Shown here in pieces: positions 1 through 8,908 of a stretch of DNA of 64,000 nucleotides. Both the position numbers and the translations under genes were made by a program. Below the pieces are notes generated by a model that had not been told where the DNA came from, did no database searches, and saw only the letters and a list, made by a program, of their open reading frames with translations. Numbering within the stretch: position 1 is the stretch's first letter; every line of letters starts with the position of its first letter. The stretch comes from a virus (lineage: Duplodnaviria; Caudoviricetes): positions 96,001 to 160,000 of the IMG/VR virus record IMGVR_UViG_3300036966_000119, one strand, 5' to 3'.

Positions 1-190
1 TCATAATACTTATGTCATATATCTCGGACGTATGTTTTGACATAATGTATTCTTGTTTGATTCTTTTCATTAACCCAGGAAGGGTATTATCAGGTATATT
101 TACCTTTTTGAAAAGTATCTTTTCATGATAAGAAATATAATAGTAGATACACATATTAGCCAACAACGCTAATACATTGTTATCATCCAT
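1..190 (-). CDS. hypothetical protein (5' part; runs off the window)
   Basis: ATG at 190 preceded by AAAGGAGG; frame MDDNNVLALLANMCIYYY... stays open to the window edge. Confidence 0.6.
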   Translation of the reverse strand, partial: MDDNNVLALLANMCIYYYISYHEKILFKKVNIPDNTLPGLMKRIKQEYIMSKHTSEIYDISIM

Positions 191-302
191 GATAATCCCC
201 CTCCTTTCTAATAGAATCATATATGTATATGTATTCTATAATCGTTGTTTTTCTATGCTACCGATAAAAGGTATGTAAATTCCTATTATTTCATATTTCT
301 AC

Positions 303-320
303 ATATATATTATTAATGTG
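303..320 (+). promoter_or_regulatory. putative early (virion RNAP) promoter ATATATATTATTAATGTG
   Basis: The same TATAT(T/C)(A/G)TT motif recurs upstream of about 8 non-structural genes and resembles TATATT-type early promoters of phiKZ/AR9-like phages. Confidence 0.6.
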
Positions 321-409
321 AAGAAGAAAAGAAAGTGAGCTTTCACCTCTTATCTTCTGATATAAATTACCGCAAGTGGCACGAAGCGGTTTATGTGCTG
401 GAGAATACC

Positions 410-652
410 ATGAATAAGAAGATTAATAAGGCAACAAAGAAGTTCACAAAGAAGATCGTAAAGATGGAGAAGAAGCATCCTGTCGCAACAACCGCAATCA
501 TTATCGCTGATGGCGCAGCAACAGCAACTGGTATCGTGATGGGTGGTATCTATGCATGGAGAAATAGGAATGTTCTTAAGAACCTCCGTAACAATCAGAC
601 ACCAGAGCCACAGGTTTCTCCTACTGGAGATCCTAATGCAGCAACAGTATAA
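410..652 (+). CDS. small basic protein with one hydrophobic segment
   Basis: GGAG RBS at 400-403 favours ATG 410 (MNKKINK...) over 335; hydrophobic stretch TAIIIADGAATATGIVMGGIYAW; followed by a terminator. Confidence 0.65.
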   Translation: MNKKINKATKKFTKKIVKMEKKHPVATTAIIIADGAATATGIVMGGIYAWRNRNVLKNLRNNQTPEPQVSPTGDPNAATV

Positions 653-665
653 GCAATAAAATTGA

Positions 666-700
666 GGGGCCCATTTCTGGGCCCCAATATATTTTTTTTT
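666..700. terminator. bidirectional intrinsic terminator
   Basis: GGGGCCCA-tttc-TGGGCCCC hairpin with T tract, between convergent genes. Confidence 0.75.
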
Positions 701-704
701 ATTT

Positions 705-1712
705 TTAGAAATCGTAGTCATCATCTTTGGTATCATCTTTTGTTGGAGTAGAATCAACTGTTGAAGATGACTTAGGAAGTTTATCATCCTTGGGTTTAGA
801 AGATGCTTTCTTTGCATCAGAAGCATCACCCTTTGATCTCAGATCATAATGATCGATCTGTGCTTTAAGATTGTTCATCTTAATATTGTACTTCTCGATC
901 ATCTTAGCGTAATTATGTTCAATACGCTTTTTACGCTGTGTCTCAGGAATCTTCTTATAGTCATCATAAGCTTTCTTAGCAACCTCATATTCCTTAGAGA
1001 TCTGAACATACTTCTCAACCTTCTTGTCATATGATCTTGAGAGTACTGCACTGATCATAGATACAGGATTGAGAGATGCAGCTCCACGGAAGATATCGTT
1101 GATTACTTTGAATACACCCTCTATTGTTCCAACAACTACATCTGCTGCAGCACCGAGTGCCTTGAGAGTAGCAGCTTCCTGAACCGGAGTTGCTTTCTTA
1201 TGAGCCTTGAGGATAAGGTCATCAAGCTTCTTATCGATATCTTTGTTATAGCGTTTTATCCATAACATTGTGTCAGACTTTCTTGAAACTTTATCAGGCT
1301 TATAAACGAATCCCTTATCAGTTGCCTCGGTTGAAGCTATAATACGGGCAAGTTCACCAACAAGAAGTCTGTAACCGAAGGTATACGCAGCAGTGAAGAC
1401 AATGTTTTTGTCATCAGGCTTAGCGACATATTCGGCAGTCATCTTTTTGAATGTAGGTCTGTGAAGAACGTTAAACATTTCCTTGATGTATTTAACATCT
1501 TCAGCAGGGAGACCCTTGATTGTTGATAACTGAGCAACCTGGTATTCGATGTTATCATAATTTGGTGATTTAGTTATATCACCTTTGCTCTTGTATTCAT
1601 CAGAGCTTTTATTTGAATATATATCAGAAAGCTGACCGAGTATGGTTTCTATGTAAGCATCACTAATGCTTTCCTCGGTAGCCTCGGGTTTCTTTTTCTT
1701 ATCAAAAAGCAT
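705..1712 (-). CDS. putative virion structural (head) protein
   Basis: 335-aa ORF with GGAGG RBS in the late operon; internal VQE-A candidate maturation motif; coiled-coil C-terminus. Confidence 0.55.
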   Translation of the reverse strand: MLFDKKKKPEATEESISDAYIETILGQLSDIYSNKSSDEYKSKGDITKSPNYDNIEYQVAQLSTIKGLPAEDVKYIKEMFNVLHRPTFKKMTAEYVAKPDDKNIVFTAAYTFGYRLLVGELARIIASTEATDKGFVYKPDKVSRKSDTMLWIKRYNKDIDKKLDDLILKAHKKATPVQEAATLKALGAAADVVVGTIEGVFKVINDIFRGAASLNPVSMISAVLSRSYDKKVEKYVQISKEYEVAKKAYDDYKKIPETQRKKRIEHNYAKMIEKYNIKMNNLKAQIDHYDLRSKGDASDAKKASSKPKDDKLPKSSSTVDSTPTKDDTKDDDYDF

Positions 1713-1727
1713 TCTGTTTCACCTCCA

Positions 1728-3908
1728 TTAACCTAAAAGCTTGAACATGTCTCTTGTCTTTGTACCAGAAGTATCAAGAGTAGCAAGCTGTTTCTGTACT
1801 GATGCAAGAGAATGTACATCGAAGTCGTTGTTCTGGTCAGGAAGAAGTATCTTGATAGACTCAGCATCGATGTCAACGATGATCAATGAAATGAGGAAGA
1901 GTTCTCCACAGAACTTTCTTGCATTAGAAGCCTTAAGGAGATCGATCTCTGTCTGGTTCTTAATGTTATCAACATCCTGCTGTGACATGATTATTGAAGC
2001 ATTAGGAATCATACCGTTCTTGAGTTTACCCTTACCCTGCTTGTCACGGATAAATGCTGCAAAGATTGACTTACCCTGAACAACTGCTGAAGCGGGAGCG
2101 TCACCCTTCATATGAGCAAGTTCATACAGACGACGATACCATTTTCTGTTAGGATCACGAGAGTCTGCAGCAGTCTGTTTCTTTTCATCGATACGGAATA
2201 TAAGATCCTTCAGGAACTTAAGCTCTCCAGCACGCCACTTAACCTTACGAGAAAGCTTGTCCATTTCCTTAAGAGGATATCTTGCAACCTCAGGAAGAAT
2301 CGAAGAAGGAACAACACGCATATGTGTTTTAACACCGACGATGTAGTTTATTGGCTGAAGTGAATCATCCTTGTTGAGCATGTTAACAGTAACATTCATC
2401 AACAGAGGTTTCATTGTGTTGAGCTTCTGACACTTAGAGTCATCAACATACTGAGGTGCTTTAGCCATAGCCTTTGCATTAACCTCAGTCTTTCTGATAG
2501 CTCTGTCTGTATTGAGATTGTCAACACGATCCTTGAGAATCTGATTATTCAACTTCTCATTCTGTATACGTGTACCAAGAGTACCTACATTATATACAGC
2601 ATTAGCACCAGCATTAACAGCACCAAGAACGTCAGAAGCAGTCCTTGCACCAGTACTGATTGCTTCAGCACCCCTGTAATATGGTGATATTGCTTTCTGA
2701 GCATTTCTTTCATCAACAGTTGCTCTTGCAAGAGCTGAACGTTTCTGGGCATCAAGTAATTCAGTGTCACCTTTAGCAACTTCTGCACGACGATGTGCAG
2801 CTATAGCGTCAGTATATGTTGGAGCATTAGGAATATCACCTATATCAAGATTGGTCTTAGCAGCACTTGCATTTGATGATGCAGCCGAAGCATTCAGTTG
2901 ATCAATTTGAGCATTAAGTCTCTGATTTTCCCGGTTAGCATTATCAACGGTCTGTTCAACAGCACGCATTGTCGCAAACATACTATTTCTGAAACCAGGA
3001 TTTCTTGAATCGAGATCATTTACCATCTGTCTTAAAGCAGTATTTCTTTGATCTCTAAATTCATCAATTGTCATTGATCCACATACGTTTCTGACATGAT
3101 CCATTTGTGCTGCATCAGATTGAGATGTGTTTCTATTTATTTCATAATTTGATATAGTTGGTATGTGATAATATACCAAGGTGTTATCAAGGTTTTCAAT
3201 AGCTGCTTGAATCTGAGCTTGTGTTAAGTGTTGACCATTGAGCCATTCTTCGATTTCATATGCTGTACCAAATTGAATGTGTGCTGGGTCAATTATATTA
3301 AATTCCGCATTATCTCGACCAGGATCCCATGAAACACGAACACCGTGTGCGTTGATAATCGGATATGGATACAATGTCAACATGTCGCGGTTTGTAACAC
3401 GTGCTTCCTGGAAGAAATGATCGAACTCAGAAAGTGGTTGATGATCAACTGCTTCGTTGATAAGACGTGCATCAGCATCTTCAATTGAAAGCATATTGAA
3501 TTCGAACTGAGTACCGTCTTCCTGGTATACAGCATGGCATGCATCATGCTGATATGTTGTATCAGTGTATTCGAGATACTTGTTTGTATTGGTCTTGAAG
3601 TCAGCAAACTGAAGACCATTCTTAACAGATGAAGCATCTATCACGGGATTTAATGATATAGCCATCTGGAGATATGCTGCATATATCTGCTCAAGGAGAG
3701 ATGTTGTAGCAGTTGCATAATCCAGTGGAATGCTATTGGAAATAAATACAGGGAACTCAAATACGTTTCCCTGGGCTGATTTTACTATTGAACCTTTACG
3801 CTGACCTGGCTGGAATTTCGACGTAGCAGTATCGACACGGTTTATCAGATCTACCGCATCATTTCCAGCAGAAGCGAAACGGCTCAAAACATCATCATTT
3901 TTTGCCAT
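1728..3908 (-). CDS. putative virion structural protein of AR9/PBS1-like jumbo phages
   Basis: 726-aa ORF with AAGGAGG RBS; globular N and C domains (FEFPVFIS..., IVGVKTH) flank an Ala/Asn-rich coil; FFQE-A motif. Confidence 0.55.
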   Translation of the reverse strand: MAKNDDVLSRFASAGNDAVDLINRVDTATSKFQPGQRKGSIVKSAQGNVFEFPVFISNSIPLDYATATTSLLEQIYAAYLQMAISLNPVIDASSVKNGLQFADFKTNTNKYLEYTDTTYQHDACHAVYQEDGTQFEFNMLSIEDADARLINEAVDHQPLSEFDHFFQEARVTNRDMLTLYPYPIINAHGVRVSWDPGRDNAEFNIIDPAHIQFGTAYEIEEWLNGQHLTQAQIQAAIENLDNTLVYYHIPTISNYEINRNTSQSDAAQMDHVRNVCGSMTIDEFRDQRNTALRQMVNDLDSRNPGFRNSMFATMRAVEQTVDNANRENQRLNAQIDQLNASAASSNASAAKTNLDIGDIPNAPTYTDAIAAHRRAEVAKGDTELLDAQKRSALARATVDERNAQKAISPYYRGAEAISTGARTASDVLGAVNAGANAVYNVGTLGTRIQNEKLNNQILKDRVDNLNTDRAIRKTEVNAKAMAKAPQYVDDSKCQKLNTMKPLLMNVTVNMLNKDDSLQPINYIVGVKTHMRVVPSSILPEVARYPLKEMDKLSRKVKWRAGELKFLKDLIFRIDEKKQTAADSRDPNRKWYRRLYELAHMKGDAPASAVVQGKSIFAAFIRDKQGKGKLKNGMIPNASIIMSQQDVDNIKNQTEIDLLKASNARKFCGELFLISLIIVDIDAESIKILLPDQNNDFDVHSLASVQKQLATLDTSGTKTRDMFKLLG

Positions 3909-3944
3909 ATTATAGCCTCCTTGTAATTTATTTTAGTATTAGAA

Positions 3945-4118
3945 TTAATCATCAAGTCGCATTACCTTAGCAACTGATGGTGGTACAGAATCCATATAAG
4001 TAATTGTAACCTCGTATCTCGGAGTACGAGAATAATACTTATTCGTATGGGATTCAATTATCAAGCAGTCGTTGCTCATGATACCCACATGTCCTCTTTT
4101 TTCATTCGGCTGAAGCAT
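3945..4118 (-). pseudogene. orphaned 3' end of the RusA-like resolvase gene (57 codons)
   Basis: Translates MLQPNEKRGHVGIMSNDCLIIESHTNKYYSRTPRYEVTITYMDSVPPSVAKVMRLDD*, colinear with the C-terminus of 5334..5903; shares long identical DNA blocks; no RBS. Confidence 0.85.
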
Positions 4119-4137
4119 AATATTATTCGTTATTAAA

Positions 4138-4150
4138 CATATATTATTTT
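4138..4150 (+). promoter_or_regulatory. putative early promoter of the HNH gene
   Basis: CATATATTATTTT motif about 30 nt upstream of the AAAGGAG RBS and ATG 4177. Confidence 0.5.
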
Positions 4151-4176
4151 ATAAATAATATAAAGGAGAAATAATC

Positions 4177-5322
4177 ATGAATAATATTTTTGTTTATTAT
4201 GACGAAACAAATACACATCTTGTTTCATCAAATGGTATTGTACAAAACACTTTTGGTGATACAATAGAACCATATAAATCATCATCTAACATATTATATT
4301 CCCCATATACATTTGATGGTGGTATTACCCGACTCAAACGATTAGACATAATCATTGCATTAACTTTCAATCCTATTCCCGATGAATTGATTGGTCTACC
4401 ATTAACAGTTAAACATATCGATGGTAATCCAATTAATGTTTGTTCGGAAAATCTTGAATGGACTGAAGATATCGAAGAATGGAGGACGTCCCGTAAATTG
4501 AAAGGATATAAGATATCGTCATGGGGAAGAATAATGTCACCATATAATGAAATAATAAAAGGAACAAACAAAAATGGATATATAGCATTGACTATAAATG
4601 AAAGACCCGGTTCTGGCGATAAACGTGTAACGTATTTATTACATCGACTTGTTGCATCACTATTTATCGGTGATATAACTGATAAAGATGTCAACCATAT
4701 TGATGGTATTAGAAATAATCCAAGAGTGGATAATTTAGAAATAATTTCTCGTTGTGAAAATAATATTCACGCAATCAACATAGGAATGCATTCAAATAAG
4801 ATAAACGCCGAAACCGGTTTATTGATAGATGATTTATTATTCAAATATGAAGGATCACCAATTAAGGTTGTAAATCACATGAAATCATTAGGGTTTGATA
4901 ATATAACAGAAACCATTGTTGGTCATAGAAAGAAAAAATTAATAAAAAATGGATATAATTTTAAAGTAAAATATAGATTAAAACTAAATGACCCATTTCT
5001 TATGAAATTAATAATTGATTTACTTATCAAATATGACGGAAACGTACAAACTGTGTATTCTATTATAAACGAAAAATACCCAGATATTACAGATAAAAAT
5101 ATTAAGACTGTTAAAGCTAATTTATCACACAATGGTATTCATTTTAAGAATGGAATACATAATAGAAAAATTTCCGAAGAAGTTCGTAATCAATTATTGC
5201 GTTTATTAGAAATAAATAATTGGTCTGTTTCGGAGACCTATAAATATATTTCTAATTTTAAAGAGTTTGATCGTGTTTCTGTCTATGATTTAAAGTATCT
5301 GAAAAGGAAATATGGGGTATAA
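4177..5322 (+). CDS. free-standing HNH homing endonuclease (NUMOD4/HNH_3 type)
   Basis: YKISSWGRI (NUMOD4-like), HRLVA...VNHIDGIRNNPRVDNLE, plus a second N-terminal HIDGNPINVCSENLEW; visibly more AT-rich than neighbours; antisense to its operon. Confidence 0.85.
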   Translation: MNNIFVYYDETNTHLVSSNGIVQNTFGDTIEPYKSSSNILYSPYTFDGGITRLKRLDIIIALTFNPIPDELIGLPLTVKHIDGNPINVCSENLEWTEDIEEWRTSRKLKGYKISSWGRIMSPYNEIIKGTNKNGYIALTINERPGSGDKRVTYLLHRLVASLFIGDITDKDVNHIDGIRNNPRVDNLEIISRCENNIHAINIGMHSNKINAETGLLIDDLLFKYEGSPIKVVNHMKSLGFDNITETIVGHRKKKLIKNGYNFKVKYRLKLNDPFLMKLIIDLLIKYDGNVQTVYSIINEKYPDITDKNIKTVKANLSHNGIHFKNGIHNRKISEEVRNQLLRLLEINNWSVSETYKYISNFKEFDRVSVYDLKYLKRKYGV

Positions 5323-5334
5323 AATATACCCCAT
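5312..5334. terminator. hairpin between convergent HNH and resolvase genes
   Basis: ATGGGGTATA-aaa-TATACCCCAT. Confidence 0.55.
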
Positions 5335-5903
5335 TAATCCAATCGCATAGTCTTCTTGACGTTATCTGGTAATTCTTCCATATAAGTAATTGTAACCTCG
5401 TATCTCGGAGTACGAGAATAATATTTTTTTACATCAAGATCTGTTACAAGACAATCATCTCGTAATATACCCACATGTCCTCTTTTTTCATTCGGCATCA
5501 TTTGATCCATTACGGCTTTTGCAAAGTTATCAACATCTCCCGTATTACCCCATGGGCGAATAACTTTCATTTCAGCAAGTATTTGTTGTGTCTTTGTAAA
5601 AGACTTTGGTGTCTGACAAAATATGTCCACTTTTATTTTACAAGGAGTGGTTATAAACAATCCCTTCAATTTGGGTAGAACATTTCGATTGAAAAAAGAT
5701 TGATTCTTTGCAGCACCGGGTACATAGACCCGGTATCCACAAAGACGAGGACGGTGTGAAGGAACAGGTACCATTGGTATTATGAATGATACCTTGTTCC
5801 ATCTGATTCCAGAAAACACACCAAGTATGTCAGAGACTTTTGCTTGAACAGAATTAGTTGCATCGTTGAGCATTGCTTCAACGTTCTTCTGATTCATGTC
5901 CAT
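5334..5903 (-). CDS. rusA: RusA-like Holliday junction resolvase
   Basis: PVPSHRPR, GDVDNFAKAVMD (DxDNxxKxxxD), DDCLVTDLDVKKYYSRTPRYEVTI. Confidence 0.8.
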   Translation of the reverse strand: MDMNQKNVEAMLNDATNSVQAKVSDILGVFSGIRWNKVSFIIPMVPVPSHRPRLCGYRVYVPGAAKNQSFFNRNVLPKLKGLFITTPCKIKVDIFCQTPKSFTKTQQILAEMKVIRPWGNTGDVDNFAKAVMDQMMPNEKRGHVGILRDDCLVTDLDVKKYYSRTPRYEVTITYMEELPDNVKKTMRLD

Positions 5904-5918
5904 TATGATTTCTCCTTA

Positions 5919-7235
5919 TTAGTTAGCATATATTCTGTATGAAATGAGAACTTTCCAGTTTTCCTGAAGAGGTATAGAGTTGAAAGTATAATATGTTATC
6001 AACTTTATTCTCTGTGCTTCATCAGTTGTAAGTGAAGTGAATTCTTCTCCACTGAGATAGTCTTCAAACTTATCTGTGAAATACTGGAACTTGTGATTCT
6101 GGTTATAGTATGCCTGAACACCGATGTTTGTTGGTTCCTGGGTGTCAGGGTCTACTTTACATAACTGCTCCTGGAGAGTCTGGTAATCAAGTGATCCAGG
6201 TGTTGCAGAAGATAATGCATGAACAAAGTCAACAAAAGCATCAATGTTTGTCTGCTTGCCGTATATATCGTTCTCCATAAGAACAGTGTATATGTCACCA
6301 GCTAATGCGATAACTTCTTCATCAGCAGTTGATTCACGATCATCATCAAAGATGAGAGTGATGAATCTCTTCATCAATGTATCGTGTAATGTTTCAACTG
6401 TAGAACGCTGTCCTGGTACTGTATCGAATGCAACGAGACCAAGTTCGTTTATTACCGCAGACTGAGTATTTCCTTCCTGTCTGAAAAATCCAAGACAATC
6501 CTGGTTCTTAACATCAATGGACATTTCAACTTGAGCATACGTCTCGATTCTGTTTGTCTTAGGAGTTGTCTGTGTAGGACCAAGATCATTTTGAGTTACA
6601 GGATCAAGGTAATCCCATCGCTGACCATCTCTCCACCAGTTGTGGTAGATGTGTGCACGTTCATCAAATTTCTTGATGTAGTATGTCTTTGTATTAGCAC
6701 TATCACGCTGAACACCGAGATACTTTCCTGCAATAGATGGGTCCAGAGGATCATCAACAGTCTTCTGCTGGAAAGGTATTGGGTTTCTCAAGCAGACATA
6801 TGAATAGTCTGTGTTCTTTGTTGTGATAGCATCTTCACCAGCGCCACCATTACCAACAAGGAATCCCTGGATAAAATGTGTTGCCGGTATATCTTCAGTA
6901 ATAGGAAGATATCCTTTTGCATGATCTTCACTCTGGGGATTTCTACCGATACGAAGTCTGCTGTCTTCGTTCAAGTCAGGAACTACAACAGATGTATCCT
7001 TACCGATTACTTCGTATTTTATATTAGGATCATGAATAGAATCAAGATGTAATCCAAACATCTTCATCAAAATCCACTGATAGCCTGATATGGGGATTAT
7101 ATTGTCATCCTCATACCAAAACTTCTTTTCTTTTGTCTCAGTGTTTTCAAGTTCGATTTTTACATGACCTCTGAGGCCATGCTTAACATGACTATTATCA
7201 ACAAAAGAGAGTTTATCATTAAGCTCAACGTTCAT
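5919..7235 (-). CDS. putative virion (baseplate/tail) structural protein
   Basis: 438 aa; LRGHVKI...DNII, FLVGNGG, INELGL and terminal ISYRIY motifs typical of phage baseplate/tail-fibre-associated proteins. Confidence 0.55.
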   Translation of the reverse strand: MNVELNDKLSFVDNSHVKHGLRGHVKIELENTETKEKKFWYEDDNIIPISGYQWILMKMFGLHLDSIHDPNIKYEVIGKDTSVVVPDLNEDSRLRIGRNPQSEDHAKGYLPITEDIPATHFIQGFLVGNGGAGEDAITTKNTDYSYVCLRNPIPFQQKTVDDPLDPSIAGKYLGVQRDSANTKTYYIKKFDERAHIYHNWWRDGQRWDYLDPVTQNDLGPTQTTPKTNRIETYAQVEMSIDVKNQDCLGFFRQEGNTQSAVINELGLVAFDTVPGQRSTVETLHDTLMKRFITLIFDDDRESTADEEVIALAGDIYTVLMENDIYGKQTNIDAFVDFVHALSSATPGSLDYQTLQEQLCKVDPDTQEPTNIGVQAYYNQNHKFQYFTDKFEDYLSGEEFTSLTTDEAQRIKLITYYTFNSIPLQENWKVLISYRIYAN

Positions 7236-7252
7236 TAAAACTCAATCCTTTC

Positions 7253-7984
7253 TTACATATATTCTCCGTTCATAGGATTATAGACACCTGGATAGTCTTC
7301 ACCGACAGTGTATCTTTCAACATCATCAGAATATATACATTTCAATGTCATATCATTTACCATATAATCACTTAAAGATGGATCGACATCTTTCATGTAT
7401 CGTATTCCTTTTATGACGAACATAACTCTGGTCTTCATATTACTGAGATTATTACGATCAAAATTCTCAACCGCAATAGTTGAACTACCATAAGTGACAG
7501 TTCTGAAATTCGGATTTTCAACCAGTTGGATCATTTCTCCAACAGCCGGTCTGAAAGATGTTAATGCATATCTGTTATAATAACAAGGAGCATTTATCTC
7601 ATTACACATTGCATCAACGTTTTTGGTTGTTGTTGTATAATCGATAGATGTTGCATTACGACGCGATCTCCAGAATAATCCAAATGTGAATATTAATTGA
7701 CAAATATTTCTGTCAATGTCAGGAAATGGTGTCAATGTTTCTGATGGATTAGATACCTTGATAGCAGTTCCACCATAAACAGTATAACCATCTACTTGAG
7801 AACCGCCACCTGTTCCATCCTCGCCATTTAAATCATTAACATATATACCGTTTTCACCTGGTGTTTCACTATTGTCAACCACAATATTTCCGTTGTCTTC
7901 ATATTTAACACCAACTTTTTTTGTATCTTGATTTACACCAAGACCATCACCAAGATCCAGATTGATCTTAATTGATTTACTCAT
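7253..7984 (-). CDS. short tail-fibre-like protein, paralog 3
   Basis: MSKSIKINLDL N-terminus shared with the two upstream genes; Gly-rich hinge; RBS favours start 7984. Confidence 0.5.
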   Translation of the reverse strand: MSKSIKINLDLGDGLGVNQDTKKVGVKYEDNGNIVVDNSETPGENGIYVNDLNGEDGTGGGSQVDGYTVYGGTAIKVSNPSETLTPFPDIDRNICQLIFTFGLFWRSRRNATSIDYTTTTKNVDAMCNEINAPCYYNRYALTSFRPAVGEMIQLVENPNFRTVTYGSSTIAVENFDRNNLSNMKTRVMFVIKGIRYMKDVDPSLSDYMVNDMTLKCIYSDDVERYTVGEDYPGVYNPMNGEYM

Positions 7985-8385
7985 CCTATCCACTCTCCTC
8001 TCTTTTTATATATCATAAAAGAGGCGACAGATATTTCGGGTACTAACGTACGGTCTTCAACAACACTCATTACTGGACCATCGTTATCCATGACGAATCT
8101 ATCAAAACCATCATACTTCTGATGTCTGGAAACTGTTGAATTACATCCTATTTTAGATAGACTGGTTGATTCAGTTGCACTTGTAGGACCAAGAGCATTT
8201 CCTGGTGTATTCATAGTACCACCAGAACCACCTTCTCCATCAGGAGCTTTGGTTCCAACGAGCTTTCCGTCAACGATAGAAAGACCATTATTTTCTTTTG
8301 ATGAAATTCTCAATTTCAGTTTATTGTTGTTTGACTCAAGTGTGGAATTATCAGTCTTGATTTTCATTTTTATTGAACGAGACAT
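7981..8385 (-). CDS. short tail-fibre-like protein, paralog 2
   Basis: MSRSIKMKI... N-terminus, GEGGSGG hinge, AGGAGG RBS. Confidence 0.5.
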   Translation of the reverse strand: MSRSIKMKIKTDNSTLESNNNKLKLRISSKENNGLSIVDGKLVGTKAPDGEGGSGGTMNTPGNALGPTSATESTSLSKIGCNSTVSRHQKYDGFDRFVMDNDGPVMSVVEDRTLVPEISVASFMIYKKRGEWIG

Positions 8386-8399
8386 GAATACACCTCCTA

Positions 8400-8888
8400 T
8401 CAGTTGACATTGTTATATTCATCGGATATACTTGCAACCATTTCCGATACACCGATTACATTATTTCCATCTGTTTGTGTAATAACATAATACTCCCATG
8501 CTTCATTCTCTGTATTATGGACACGGAACATATCACCTGGATAAAGGATATCAACACTACGTTTATCTGTTAATTCAGAACCGTCTGCTGTATTAGAAGT
8601 ATAAATACGATGAATTATTTTTGGTGCAACAAGTCGTCTTGGTACTGGATCGGTTGAATCCGGAAATGCTTCTCCTGATTTAAGACCTGTTTGTGTTGCT
8701 CTATATCCATCAGGAAACCCGGTTCCTGTAGAACCGGGCTCACCTGGGATTGCTTGAGCATACAGACCATCTGCTTCAACGACGAGTGCGTTTTCCGAAC
8801 GTTGGGATATCTTTACTCCAACCGAATTATCATCATTGAATTTCAAAGTATTGTCGAGATCCAATGTTATTTTTATTGATTTACTCAT
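8400..8888 (-). CDS. short tail-fibre-like protein, paralog 1
   Basis: MSKSIKITLDL... N-terminus, GEPGSTGTG hinge, GAGGTGG RBS. Confidence 0.5.
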   Translation of the reverse strand: MSKSIKITLDLDNTLKFNDDNSVGVKISQRSENALVVEADGLYAQAIPGEPGSTGTGFPDGYRATQTGLKSGEAFPDSTDPVPRRLVAPKIIHRIYTSNTADGSELTDKRSVDILYPGDMFRVHNTENEAWEYYVITQTDGNNVIGVSEMVASISDEYNNVN

Positions 8889-8908
8889 GGAACCACCTCG
8901 TTTGTAAC

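Noticed and set aside
3945-5490. Group I intron or intein carrying the HNH in the resolvase
   Set aside because: The HNH is antisense, no P/Q/R/S core is visible, and the resolvase ORF is already complete
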